Assembly (NCBI GenBank): GCA_002633005.1
Contig: NMRA01000142.1
Span: 602,860 to 666,859, forward strand
Direction: 5' to 3'
DNA from: Phoronis australis
Taxonomy: Eukaryota > Animalia > Phoronida
DNA length: 64,000 bases
Shown piece after piece: positions 1 to 12,890 of this stretch. The translations under genes and the position numbers were made by a program. Below the pieces are notes generated by a model. That model was not told the origin of the DNA, searched no databases, and was given only the letters and a program-made list of their open reading frames with translations. Each line of letters starts with the position of its first letter. Positions within the stretch are counted from its first letter, which is position 1.

Positions 1-229
1 AGTATTTACCGTCAATATGCACCGGTGTGCAGCCTTATTTCTGAGAACTTGTTATAGGCAGTGTACTGAAGTGACCAGCTAGAGGGCCAGTTTCTGATTT
101 TTGAACTTATGCTGATTGGTTGACTATTGGCCTGTACTTGATTTCTGGTGTTTACTACATCTGACATTGAAGCATCCACTTTGCAGAAATTCAATGATTG
201 GTTAATGTTCTGCTGTAGCTTCCATAGTT

Positions 230-700
230 CAGGGCTTGGAATGACCAATGACAAAAAACTCGGAAACTTTTACGGCCCAAATCATGCGCGCTACCCAGCC
301 TTGAAATGGTCGATGTGAACCTTTCCCCAACAAAAATCGGTAGCATGCATCTGCGTCTTTTTACCTCGTCCATCCACTCCCAACCCACACATTTTTGGCT
401 GCAGACTGAAGAGCCGTAGTATTTGTCGCCGCGGTTTACAATAACACGAGACGTCATTGAAAATCCCACCACGCTATCCCAGATGCCCCGGCAATGTTGA
501 CAATTTACGTTCCTCCGAAAGATAAAGAGCAACTTCCGCTTCTCGAGGTGAACGTCTGCAACGCCGCGGTAAGAAAGGAATTTGCCGCGGAAATTTTGTA
601 TCAAATCCGATTTTTTTTACGCGGAAATATAATAAAATGCGCGGACAGAACATTTGAAAAAAGCGGAAATCCGCGTTTCGGCGGAAAATTCCAAGCCCTG
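230..700. mobile_element. Non-autonomous DNA transposon (MITE), CAGGG termini, 6-bp TSD (hAT-like), copy 1
   Basis: Starts CAGGGCTTGGAAT, ends ATTCCAAGCCCTG (inverted repeat). Flanked by the direct repeat ATAGTT (224-229 and 701-706). A second diverged full-length copy lies at 35350-35837. Confidence 0.85.
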
Positions 701-904
701 ATAGTTACCTGCAAGCGATTGATGGAGACATTCTTAAAATAATTCACATCACAGGCCTGTCGTAGATTGCTGCAAAGTTTAGCAACCTTGCAAACAAAGT
801 TATACGATGTTTACTCTAGTTTGTTGTAAAGTGGCAGTAAATGTGTTGCAATTATGTAACTGTTTTCTAGCCAAAGTGTGACTGATCTAGCTGCATCTCA
901 GGTG

Positions 905-918
905 CCACCAGAGGGCAG
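905..918 (+). promoter_or_regulatory. CTCF-like motif CCACCAGAGGGCAG
   Basis: Matches the bilaterian CTCF core consensus CCASYAGRKGGCRS. Motif match only. Confidence 0.25.
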
Positions 919-1639
919 TCTGCGCTTAACTGGGAGACATACCACTAAAACTTCAGTGAGTAGACATTGTGAGTTATCTCCCTTCTTTATTGCTATCTCT
1001 CTTTTATTTTCTTTGTGTTATTTTAGTTTATTCTAATTAGTACTTTGTTTGAAATACTGTACCCTTTTGTAAAATGTATAGTTTATGTCAATTATATCTA
1101 GATATTTCTAATCTATGTAATATGTCTTCTTGCCTTGTGTACCAGATTTTTCTAATTTTCTGCTTTTGTCTTCTTTCTTGTTTTCCCTTATTGGTAAATG
1201 TCCGTGGTATTTCCTGTTGAAACCAGTACAATTTCCTTTCTTCGTGTGCACCCATATTTTGATAAAGCATTGGACAGTGTAAACATCATAATTTCCACTA
1301 TACTTGAGTGTTCACTCATTCCCAGGAGCCTGTTTCAGGAAAGTGGCTTAAGATTCAAAACAGAACTTTTGGTCTTACACTCCGCACAATTTGCGAAAAG
1401 TAATAAAATGGCAAAAAAATGCAGTCTGAGAATTTATACATAACTGCTAATTAGTATGGAGATCATTTCTTTTAAAGTATTTCTTGACTAATGCGCTCAT
1501 AACCACCTAGCTGAACCTTTATTCGTTCTGATTGGTCAGTTAAGTCGTCAATCAAAATCCTGGCGATAGGTCAACTGTGAAGTCGGATTGTAAATCTTCA
1601 GTCACTGTTCATGAAACAGAACCCAGATGTTCATGAAAA

Positions 1640-1701
1640 TTCTTATTTACAGCTTATCTGTGAAGGGAATGTTCACTTCACAGATAAGCTGTAAATAAGA
1701 A
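1640..1701. repeat. Perfect inverted repeat/hairpin (26-bp arms, 10-nt loop)
   Basis: TTCTTATTTACAGCTTATCTGTGAAG ... CTTCACAGATAAGCTGTAAATAAGAA. Confidence 0.85.
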
Positions 1702-1865
1702 AGTAATTGAGCCAATGTGGGATCCATAGTCACTCAATGACTGTGTTGCTAGGCAGCGGTGAATCTAATTCCTTTTAATTTGACAGGTCGTTAATGAAAA
1801 GTTAACTTTTTCTACATTACATCAATGTTTGCCTATCGTGCGTAATGAAGAATTTTGTTTTGCAG

Positions 1866-2024
1866 AAAGCGCGTTCTCCCCAGTCCCAGAAAAGCTCGCC
1901 CCCACCTTCCTCGCGAAGGTCACCTCGTCATGGTCCGGTGTCTAAGGTCAAGAACTCAGGGTCAGTAGTCAAAGACAAGAAGCCTGTCTCAGCACGCGGA
2001 AAGCCGGTGCCAGTGTGGAAGTGA
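1866..2024 (+). CDS. Probable last coding exon of an unidentified upstream gene (basic, S/P-rich C-terminus ending PVWK*)
   Basis: Polypyrimidine acceptor ttttgtttgcag, then a GC-richer phase-0 frame KARSPQSQKSSPPPSSRRSPRHGPVSKVKNSGSVVKDKKPVSARGKPVPVWK-TGA. Followed by AT-rich UTR-like sequence with ATTAAA/AATAAA hexamers at ~2760-3130. Confidence 0.55.
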   Translation, partial: KARSPQSQKSSPPPSSRRSPRHGPVSKVKNSGSVVKDKKPVSARGKPVPVWK

Positions 2025-4931
2025 TTGCGATTTAAAATGTGAAGTGTCTTGTGTCATGGAAATGGTGTCATGAAGTAAGCCTAGGGTCTGTTTCATGGAA
2101 TTGGTCTTGCGTTCCCACTTCCAGTAAAATATGTATGGGAGGGGAGGGAAAGCACTTTCACTTTTTTAACCACAGGCTATATTTTTCTTTTATTTCTCAC
2201 CACCCATAATTCAATTTTCCTTTAAAAGACAACCTCCCATAACTTTTTATTTCAACTGCTGTTCCCCGCCCCCTCCCATGCACATTTTGCTGGAATGGCC
2301 CTAATTTATATTAAATTTTTAAATTTCAACTGAACTTGGTATCACATTGAGACAGTATCTGCTCAGGGGGTTGTATCTAATTGGTTGTTTTACAAGAGTG
2401 CTTCAAGGTGCTAGACATCTCCAAATATATGGTTATCTCTTGAACGTATTGGTATTTTTGTACATTATTTTGTTTTGCTAAAAAGCATTTGTCACAACTT
2501 AGTCATTAATATAAAGAGGTTAGTGGTGCGACAGTAAGAGGTGTCTCTTACGAGGTACTGTTAATGGCTGTCCTGCATTTGGCTTTGAAAGCCTCATGCG
2601 ATAATTAGTGCAAGAAAAAGCCACCTTAGGTATTAAGCAGTGGTTTGCTGGGACAAATGTCTCTGTGAAAGTAGTTACTGAACGTCATAGATCTCATTAT
2701 AATCTTGGCAAATCACTGAACATAACTGGCTACAGAAAACCTTTGGAATGTGTTGTATTTATTAAAATTGTGCTTGAGGTTATGCGATAACAATTGTACA
2801 TATTTTATTAAACTCTTTTGCATGATCCTAAGTTGTTTTTATCTTGTGATGACTGGCGGCCTTCATTGTAAATGACTAACATCCTACTTGCTGTAATCTA
2901 CTGGGTTAATGCCAGCTTTTAGCTCAAGATTCACTTTTTAACGCCCCAATTTGAATATCCAGGACCACCAAGTTGTATACGTTCTTAAATTTTTGGTAAA
3001 AACCATTTCGGTTTGAAATAAAAAGTCTGCTTTTAAATTCTTCCCTGCATGATGCACTAAGTGCCATAGTTACCAAAAATGGACAAAATACTGATTTATT
3101 GAGAACTAAGTGAGTGATGTGAATAAAGTTATACATAGACAAAATGCAATGAACACTGTTGATGTTAAACCCAGTTTCTGTCCTTTGGTACGCAGGTCTT
3201 GTATTAAGTTTACTGAAGCAAATGTAGCATACTTTTTTTCATTCAAATCTATGAACGGCACTCGGAAGAGTCCCTGCCCTGTAAATGAACCAGTCCTTAC
3301 TATATCTGTTTTGACTATCGTGTCTGAAAAAACTAACGTAAGTACACTTCCTGGGCGTCAACCTAAATTGATAACTGCTCACACAGCTTCAAAATGTAGT
3401 ATTTAAACAAAATAGTCTGATAATTGGCCTGTTTGCTGATTTTTGCGTTTCTACTGTCAAATGCCGCAAGCATAGACTTCGTTAATTTTTTAGCAACATC
3501 GCAGTAAATCATTTAACTAGTGCGCAATTTTCCTAAAGTTGCCAGGATGCTGAAGGTCATCACGCAAAATATTGAGGCGCCTTACACCTTGCAAGATGTA
3601 CACGTTTTCTTGTTTCTAAGGCAATTTTGGTTTGTCATTTGTCTTGCAAAGGATATCTGACATCTTAATAAATTTAGCCAGTTCCAGCTGGGGGTGAGTT
3701 GTTCCAACCACTTACTTAGTGCTTTACCTGGTTTTGATGCAGCCTGGGCTTGGCGTCTTAATCTCTGTAATCGAAACTCAACTCGAAAATCGAATATTGA
3801 CCAATTTCATATCACGCTTGGAGTAAATTTACAAATATGTACTCTAGCCATGCAGCGTGGTTGGCGGAATTTGAGTCTCGAGCCTGAACTCGGAGATTAC
3901 GGTAAACTCACGGGTTAACGACATGGGCGCTTAAATTCGGAAACCCTTAGGTAAGGGGTGGGTGATTACCCAAGCAATGAGCGCTTAAAATGAACAATTG
4001 GCCAAAAGTCGGGGGTGGACGATTACCCGGGCATGGGCGTTAACTCGCGAGTTTATGGTAGATCATGTACCCTCGTATCAAGGTCAAGGCAGCCATTGTA
4101 CTTTAAATTTGTATGAATAGCCGTCTTCGATCGAATACTTGTACATTGACTCTAGATATCTGAACAGCAACTAAAAGTGCACAACTCCAGTAACAGCAGC
4201 ACTTGTTTTCTATCAAATAAGGTCGATTGTTTACAAGAACTGCATTTTTGTGCTAATTATCTAAATGAAAACACGAAATATTTCTACAGATTAGGAACGC
4301 GTAAGGAAGATATGATCGAAGCTGTGTTCCACTTTGTTAGCTGGACAAAAAAGAAAACTGAATCTGCGGTTAAAGTTTTAATTCAGTTTTTATTTTTTGG
4401 CGAGCTAAATGGTGACATGCAGCTTATAACCAAAGAAATGAAAGAATAAATTAAAAGGATTTTCAATTGAATACACTTTTATTTAAAAACATTAAATTTT
4501 TACAAGTAACAATATAAAATAGGTACAACAACGATGCCATCTTTTGACATGGACTACCAACAACAACAGAGAAAATAGTGAATTTGTAATAGAGATTACT
4601 TAGTTTAAAATGGCAGCTCCTCGCAAACGTTCTTAACTCGTGTAAATATTAAATATTGTCAATCCTGCAGTTCCAGAAGAAACAATAGCCAAGCAAAACA
4701 GCAAGCACAACATTTCATGTTTGCCAATAGTTTTCAAAGAAGTATACGAATTTCACCGACATTCCACTAGCTTTGCTAAAGTTATGTCAAAAACGAAGTA
4801 AATAAGAATTTCCAAATCAATAGATAATTAGTTTTAATACTTAATTTCTACAGCGAATTAGCAAGGAGGTATTATTCGTACAATCTCCTCGAAAACTATT
4901 GAGTAAAAACCCTATTTTTGGTCTAGAAAAC

Positions 4932-5015
4932 GAAAACTTGATTTAAGCCACTAACGGTACATCTAGATGTAACTTTTCTTCTAGATGTACCGTTAGCGGC
5001 TTAAATCAAGTTTTC
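4932..5015. repeat. Near-perfect inverted repeat/hairpin (36-bp arms, 1 mismatch, 12-nt loop)
   Basis: GAAAACTTGATTTAAGCCACTAACGGTACATCTAGA ... TCTAGATGTACCGTTAGCGGCTTAAATCAAGTTTTC. Confidence 0.85.
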
Positions 5016-6289
5016 AACAGAAATTCGATCTTGACCTTCCACTTCACAATTATCAGCAAATCAGTTTAAAAATAAATTATTGCAGTAATGAACCCTTACG
5101 TGTATATTCTCAGAGGCTAAGCCTTCAGCTCAGATGTGACCAAAGTATTTCAGTAGTTGTGTGGTGGAGCACAAGACTAAATTTATGAGTTGAGTCTTAA
5201 GACACTTTTCATGAAACAGACCTCAGATAACAACTTTTCCTTACTCAAATGAGGACCGATTTCTAGACTAGGAAAGAGTGACGGCTGAACTGACCAATCA
5301 GAACGTAACATTTTGACACACCTTCGTTTCCAAGCCGCCATTTCACTCAACAAACGACATGTTGCCGGTTAAAACTTACTGTTTGTTTGTCGACATTTCG
5401 CAATGGGCAAAGCTTGCGATAGGTCAGTTTTTACCGCAGAAGATCACAACCCTACCACGACAAACTAACTTGTTGAGTGTGACCCAAAGCCATAATAAAC
5501 AGTCAGTTACTCCAAAATCCTCAAATAATTTGAGTAAGGAACAAATTGACATCATTTCATTACTGTAAGTGGATTTTCAGTTTGATGAGATAGGGTGAGT
5601 TTATAGCAAAATGAGAGCTGGTGATCCTCCCAGCCCATCACTCAACTGTCATTGGCATTCTTTCCAGGCAAAGTGTATATTCACACTGTAGAACTTTAGC
5701 AAAGCCTTGTACTGGTTCCCATTGTGTAGACACAACTCGCAAAAACACAAGATCAGACAAGAATTCGCGAGATATTGCTGTAGACGCATTACAAGACACA
5801 TGATCACATTTGTCAAATTCTTGCACCTATAGAACACAGCTCTGGTAGAAGGTAGAGTCCACCAGAAAACATCGAAGACCTTCAGGTGGTTATTCTTTAA
5901 ATCAATAAAATTGCAAAACAGCCTTTGACGGTGAAACAAACTGAAAACTCACTTTCGACATGTACACATATAACTAGACCTCAAGAGAACCCTTCAAGAG
6001 ATACACTTGAACAGCTTATTATCATAATTACAAGTTGATTAATCAAGTGATGCCTATCTTCCATGCCACGTCATTCTAACTACATAACATTATGAAGTCT
6101 TAATATCATTGTTACCTGCAAGTGGATATTCATGGTTTGTCTTTTGGGCTGAATTACTCAACATCAAGATATTTTTTAAATATTTGGCTTTGCCAACAAA
6201 AAACCTCCAAGACATTACCGAGGACATTTCAAAAAGTTCACCACTACTAAACACTCCTACAATCAGCCCCAATTCCCGACATGAGACAG

Positions 6290-6610
6290 ATGTACCCTGT
6301 TTGACTGCTTACGTGGAGTGGCTAAAGTCTACATTGCAGTTTACACACGAGTTTGCTCGTGAGAAACAAAATACAAGTGTGTCCAGACAAAAGTCATATT
6401 AAGATTTCAAATTTAAACTCGGAGCGTTTAAAGAGGGCAAATCTGGTCTTTTGTTGGTATCCACTCACTGCTAATCAGAAATTAGAGCTGGGTTGGAGAG
6501 GGCCCTATCTCGTTATTAAAAAAGATAACCAATTTTTTTTTGTATAAAATTCAAGCAGAGAGGTCTGGACCCTTGATTATCGTTCACCTGGACCACCTTA
6601 AGCCCTCAGG
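6290..6610 (+). mobile_element. Ty3/Gypsy pol (integrase C-terminus, GPY/F region) remnant
   Basis: Frameshifted peptides YVEWLKSTLQFTHEFAREKQ..QKSY, KLELGWRGPYLVIKK, VYKIQ..IIVHLDHLKP, typical of the Gypsy integrase tail. Confidence 0.75.
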
Positions 6611-7814
6611 TGTGCAAAACTGACGATAATTAGATGAAACTTTTAATGACTTAAATGTGACGACTAAAAACTATGTCAGGCGTGGGCGATGAGCAATTGC
6701 CAAGCCATCTCGACGAGTTCATGTGCCGTGGGGAACACGGACAAACATCCAGTGCCGCTTTTTTCAATGTACTGCACCACATATCAGTAATGTATCCGAC
6801 GCCGTGAAGAAAAGCAGGACGTAGATACATATATAGGCGTGCCTCCAGGAATATTTTTGATAAATTGTAGTGATGAATTGTGTTAACGAACTCTATATTA
6901 TTGTCTTTGGTAAATACACTATACTCTATATTATCGTAAATACTCTATATTATTGTCTATTTTAGTCAACATAATTCTTAAACATTTATCGGGTCTAATT
7001 TTCTCAGAACAATTCATGCTCGCACCCAGCCTTCAATATGACTTAATATTGAATTGCACACGTTGTGGACCTTTCAATAACAAAAGAGCGGCGGACTAAA
7101 AAAAGTATTAGAAGAGGGAGCACCACTGAATTGCAAATTTGCGCTCATTTAATGGAGTTTTGTGAGCATGCAATTTGCTTAGCACATACATTTAATGGCC
7201 GTGATCCACATTGTTTTCGAAGCCGTGTCATTCTTAATTAAAATATAAGCGTTGTTGTGCTTCCATTAATGTATAATTCAATTGTAGAAGTGTTGGCATT
7301 TTGCAACATTATATCACAATTAGTTTTCCTGTATTTTTCTGAATTGAGCTTTACTTTAAATGGTTTAAAAGTTGAAACCATATGTTTTCAAAGAATGCTT
7401 CTAAGTCATTTAAAAGCAAATCGAAACCGTTCAAATTCAAGGAGTTATACGATAGCCACCCCTACGTTGGAATAATTTGAGGGGTGGCTGTTTTAATAAG
7501 GTATAGGTGTCATTTTGAAGTGTAAACGGTCAGTTTTGCAAGTATCCACCTGTGCGATGAAAACCAGACCACTTCCGCTACGATGGTCCTATAAAACGAG
7601 TCCTAGAAAACGCTAGGCTGCTTGTAGTCATTCATTTGAAATGCAATTACCACTTTATCATGTTGAATAAGAGTAAGAAATCATGGTGCGATTGTTGTTA
7701 CTTATAAAATTAAAAATCTAACGAAGAATTGTGTTTCAGTACTTGTTATAAAATGCATCTCTTGTCGGTGCACACAGAACACAAGCATTTCAATATGTAA
7801 TTGAAATTTGTGTT

Positions 7815-8006
7815 TTGCCTATGGAAAAATTGGTGCACGGATTCTTGGCGGCAAACGTGGCAGCTTGCCGAGCTTGGAATAGGTTCGTAAGCTGCACGAG
7901 AAAGGACTGGCGAGGCCATTCAAAGTATTCTAAGATCTGCAGTGTGCATTTTACCGTGGACTCTTACAAGGACAACATCAGGGCTAAATTCTTCCCTGAG
8001 TTGTAA
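7815..8006 (+). mobile_element. THAP-domain fragment (DNA transposon-derived)
   Basis: RAWNRFVSCTRKDW....SKICSVHFTVDSY carries the THAP W...C-x-x-HF signature. The N-terminal Cys pair is not intact. Confidence 0.65.
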
Positions 8007-9244
8007 ATGCGTTGATTTCATATATGAGCTCTCATTTGTGGTGATATTTTTCTCAACACGAAAATCTGATTAAGATTTCGACGTTATTTTGTACAGTTAT
8101 GTCATAGGCAAATCCAAAATGGCAGACGCCGATTTCTCCCATGTCGATGATACATACATATGACGTTCTGCAGTTAAATATTTTTGCGTCTAGTACTGGC
8201 AAGCGTATGACATTGAAGATGACATGAAGTAACCATTTGTTGACATTTAACATGCATGGTTGTTCGCACAAGTCATTTGAATTAGTCAATCTTAGGCCTA
8301 CTGAGTGCAGCGGTCGGATACAGTGGACCCAGATTTAGAGAACCAGTTCCATCCACTAAGCAACGGGCCAGTTATTCAGTGATTGCCTGGTTCTCTCAAT
8401 CAGAGACCGTTATATTGGTCCAGTGCTGACACGTCATTGGTTTTCTGCTTGATTCAAGCATTTAACTTTTTGGAATTAAACTTGATTTCAATATAGTGTT
8501 CGCATGAAATGTATTATCAACAAAGAAATCATGAGTGGCAAGTTGTAAGTAAGTGTATAGGGTTTTTGGAGTAAATGGCCCCATATTCACCAATTATCTC
8601 ATTTGCCAGAATTTGCATCACATCCCGGGGGGGCGGTTAGGGGTTTAGGGAGAGACGTTGATTATTTTTGTGAAGCACAATTTATTTATTAGCATTAATG
8701 TGGCTTTTGAGTGTAATCGTCAAATGTCAGTCATTTTCTTTTAACTCAAAACTTCACGCTTTTATTATGCTTCTCATTCAAAACTATTATTGTCGATAAC
8801 ACTCACTTGATATTTAATCATTTGAGTCAAATTACATTAGTGCTAAATACAAGTACTATTAATGTTATGTAATGACAGATGGTCATTAATTCTAAACCCT
8901 GGTTCTACTGCTGCTGAGCTAAATGGGCACTTGGATGTTGGTGCTGATTCATCAACTCTCCAGAATGAGACTTAGTTAGACCACACTTCATGACGATGGT
9001 CTGAGATGTTATCAACATACAGCTGAACGATGTGTAAAATCTATAGAGCAAGCCAGCCATTTGAAGACTTGGAGATTAAGAGCTTCGAGGGCGATACAAA
9101 AAGAACGCTGGAGTAAGAATGTTGTGTCAGTTCCTCGGCAGCTGTTAAAGACCTTGTCTTGTAAATTTTTCCCAAGAATTCAGTATGGACATTTTCTACA
9201 GATATTTCATTTTTACCATTTTAATGTGTTATTTCATTGATTTA

Positions 9245-9606
9245 CCGTATTCAATTTCAGCCAGTTCACGACCAAAAGGTCGACTGACGAGTGCAAGAAA
9301 AATTTTCAGAATTTAAAGCAAAGATGTAAGCAAATTTGTAACAAATTTAGAGTCAAAAAATTTTCGAGTCTGACATTAGGCACCAGACACAGATGAGTCG
9401 CCAGATCTCAACCCAATTAAGAATTCATGGCATGAACTGAAAGCCCATGTTAGAAAGCAGGTCCAGCCAACTACAAAGGCGAAGTTGGTAAGTGGAATCG
9501 AAGAACTTTTGGGCAACGGTTACCCTTGAAAAGTGCAACCCTTACATTAACTATATTTTTAAGGTTCTCCCACATATCATAGCCAACAAAGGAAATGCTT
9601 CTGGTT
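9245..9606 (+). mobile_element. Composite fragment: Myb/SANT-like mini-exon plus Tc1/IS630-type transposase 3' end, copy 1
   Basis: ESPDLNPIKNSWHELKAHVRKQVQPTTKAKLVSGIEE..W..VTLEKC..YI carries the Tc1 SPDLNPIE motif. It is preceded by a ttcag...DECKKNFQNLKQR|gtaag exon. A near-identical copy lies at 24748-25112. Confidence 0.75.
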
Positions 9607-10199
9607 TAAGAATGTTGTGTGTCAGTTCCTCGGCAGCTGTTAAAGACCTTGTTTTGTAAATTTTCCCAAGAATTCAGTATGGACATTTTCTACAGATATT
9701 TCATTTCTACCATTTTAATGTGTTATGCGACTGTTATTGTCGTCACTTCAAAATATCTTGTACTTACGATTTGTAAAAATGTTGCTCTCTGGTGCTCTTG
9801 TACAATTTTGATCTACATTAAATAGAGTATGTAGTTCTACCCAACGTCAAAGGGATCACAGGAGTGACAGGGTGTGATGAAATCCTGTAACATTTCTAGT
9901 GGCACTAAACCAGTTAAGAGGATCAGACATTTTCTCTGAATCGTATGGACATGGTGGTGACACATACCACAGGTGTCTACAGTCATGCGCACAAGTTATT
10001 TGTCCCCTACCTTGACTACAATTAATATGCTCATGATTCAAACTTAACAATCAACGTTTTGCTAATAAAACAGCTTCTCTGAAATGTGGATAATACTTAG
10101 AGCTAACAAAGGAAAAGACGGAAATCCCTAAGTAGAAGAAACTATAATGGCCTACAAGAAACTCCCTGAAACTTCTTACCAGGTCTTTCTTTTCGGTAT

Positions 10200-10420
10200 T
10201 AATACGCAAACATAAAGCCTTACATGGTTAAATTTATAGACTACACACCTTATGTTATACAGAATTTACCTGTTCCTATTTGTCAGTTTCAGACTAAAGG
10301 CTTGGAACAAATGAATTCCGAACAGCACAGATATCATTCTGGTCACATGATTCGCCACGGTGGCAATCATGTCATAGAACCTCTAAAGGCTTTGTTTATT
10401 GACTGCTCTCGTAGTTTATA
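10200..10420 (+). mobile_element. Possible degenerate DDE transposase fragment (RAG/Transib-like C-terminal region)
   Basis: KPYMVKFIDYTPYVIQNL..ICQFQTKGLEQMNSEQHR loosely resembles the 'TPY.H...H...F...G.E..N' catalytic-Glu region. Weak match. Confidence 0.25.
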
Positions 10421-10843
10421 TCTCAATATTTCTACATCCTCTCCTGTTGTGTTGGAAACGTTTCAGTCTCGCAAAGGTGTTGGCTTGGGTTTAATGGGAA
10501 TGCAATGCTATGCAAATTACTTAGATTCCCACTGAATTCTCACTGCAATAACTGTTTTATCACTAGAGTGAGATTTTTTTTCTCACAAATTTCAATGGCA
10601 TCTTAATTAGAATGCAGTGAGAGTCTCACCGACTTTCATGATTAGAATTTCTTAAGGTTTTTATAAGGGTACTTCTTGTTTTGTTGTTTGTATGGTGGTC
10701 AAAATTAAGTTCACATGTGGTGATTCTTCAATTCTCAGCGTACTTTGGAGTTACCCAAGTTTAGTTCACAGACGAATGGGTATTTTCAATACAAAAGTGG
10801 ACACTTGTTAATACTATATTTACTTATTAAAATGTTTTTTCAG

Positions 10844-12882
10844 GAATCGCAAATGATGGAAGAATCAGCAGTGTACTTCGGGTAATTCCAGCAAGTCGTG
10901 TGTACAAAGTTGTGGAGAAAATCCATAGGGTAGACGGGGGTCATGCCGGTTATAAAAAAGTAAAAGACATCGTCGACCGACAATTCTGGGGAATTCCGCG
11001 TAAATATGTACAGAACTTCTGCGCAACCTGCCCTACCTGCGAGAAGAGCCAACCACAGAAGGAACGTCCGCCCTTAAAGCCCATCGTTGAGAAGGAGTTT
11101 CTTCACCGAGTACAGATCGATCTCATTGACATGAGGCAGTCACCCGATGGTAAGTACCAGTACATGTCATGTTGTGGATGTGTTCTCTAAATTTCACGTA
11201 CTTTTTCCTTTGCAGTCCAAAAAAGCAGCTGAGGTGGCTACCAAACTGCAGGAGAGATTTCTGGCGTACATGGGTGCCCTACGCATTTTTCACTCGGATA
11301 ATGGACGAGTTTGTCAACAACCTCTCAGAGTTGTTTCTGAAACAGTGGAGTGCAGTCGTACAGTTTGCTAGAGGACGACCTTGTCGTTCTCAATCTCAAG
11401 GAGTTGTAGAGTGGAAATCGCGTTATCCAAGAGAAGCTGGCAAAAATGAAGGCTGATGAAGGGGTTGATTTACAGGACCAATCATTTCCTTGGTCTACAT
11501 ACCTGCCCAGAATCATGTACCAAATGAACACTACTCGGAGCTCAACAACAAACGAGCTGCCTTATGAAGTGGCCTTTGGGATCAAATCCAGAGGTAGCCT
11601 TTTTTCGGGTGCTGAGCCAGCTATTTTGGACGAAGAGGACTTACCTGAATACGACATCAAGAAGCAGCAAACTTCTCCAACGCCATCATCAGCTGGTCAG
11701 GGATCAACATCACCTGCTGACAGTGAGGGGCCATCGTCGCCTGCTCCTGTGGCTGGAGAGCTATCTTATCAGGATTCTAGCTCGCCACATCCTGCCACTC
11801 CACCAAAAGTCGCGAAAAACCTGTGATGATTTGGGAAGCACCGTCCAAGACCAGGAGAGTTTCTTTGAGAAACTCAATCTCACGCACAGGGAAAAGGTGA
11901 GACGAGCTTGTACTGCAACACTGCTGACTGCCAGTCGCATGGCAACACGTTACAACAAGAAACACAAGATCGTTTCTCCATGCTTTGCTGAGGACGACTG
12001 CGTAACTGTCAAAATTCCAAAGTATGACAGAGTTTCAATGGAGATGAAGCGATTACCAGCAAGCGTCATCAGTGTCAGTGGCAAAGTTGACATGCGATAT
12101 CAACTCGGCACCAAAGTTGGGCTTCTGAAGACAAAGTACAGAGCTGGGGACTTAGCTGTGCACCATGAGCATGTAGACGTGGACACCACCAACACAGTCA
12201 CACTCAGGGAAGCTGCCCGTTTGTTAAATCCATCAACAAAATTTCGGGGCAACAGATGTGGTTGATCTGGTATTTGTACATAAACCAACTGCAGATGTAA
12301 GAAGAATAAGATCACGTGTAGCAGTCATTGCCATCCAGGTCATGCCTGTGAAAACAGAGAACAACAACATGGACAGAGAGAAAAAAGCAATCAAAGATCA
12401 AGGAAGTGCCACCTGCTTGGAACATGAAAGGAGATGACTGCCAGACACAAAACAACATCCACTCTAGCATTCACTGCCATACAGGTTCTGCCAAAAACAA
12501 CAACAGAGAACAGCCAACCAAGAGAAAAGCACAAACTAAAATCCAACAACAACCTCCTAAGAAGATGAAAAGAAATGACTTCCTGTATGATGCCATCCTT
12601 CCATCAAATGCCTCGCTAAACGACCTCCATATTGATGCTGCTTCTCGATTGATCAATAAAGCACATCCGAGTGTTGAAGGGTTGTACAACCCTCTCTTAC
12701 AACAGAGTCTGACATGGCCATTGCCGAAAGCAGGTTTCATTAAGATTCCAAATGTGAATGACAGTCATTGGGTTTGTGTTTCAACTATTGGGGATAAGGC
12801 ATCTACAGCATCTGTTTATGACAGCATGATGCGCAGCAAGGACGATAATGTGCCTCCAATAGTGGGCGTGTTGTGTCTATAA
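10844..12882 (+). mobile_element. Decayed Ginger2/KRBA2-SCAND3-like integrase (H2C2 + rve DDE + Cys-rich) with Ulp1-like protease fragment
   Basis: Splice acceptor at 10843. H2C2 IHRVDGGHAGYKK...CATCPTC; RVQIDLIDMR; VDVFSKFHVLFPL; IFHSDNG; GRP..SQSQGVVE; LPYEVAFG; CGCSG.C...CKCKKNKITCSSHCH. Then LNDLHIDAASRLI...HWVCVSTIG...VYDSM (Ulp1/C48-like His and Asp). Several frameshifts and stops. Confidence 0.85.
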
Positions 12883-12890
12883 TTGAAGTA

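Noticed and set aside
191-742. ORFs of 137 and 82 aa
   Set aside because: They lie in a non-autonomous MITE and are not conserved as frames in the second copy.
10844-12300. Integrase as part of an LTR retrotransposon or a domesticated KRBA2/SCAND3 gene
   Set aside because: No RT, RNase H or LTRs adjacent, no KRAB or SCAN domain, and multiple frameshifts.
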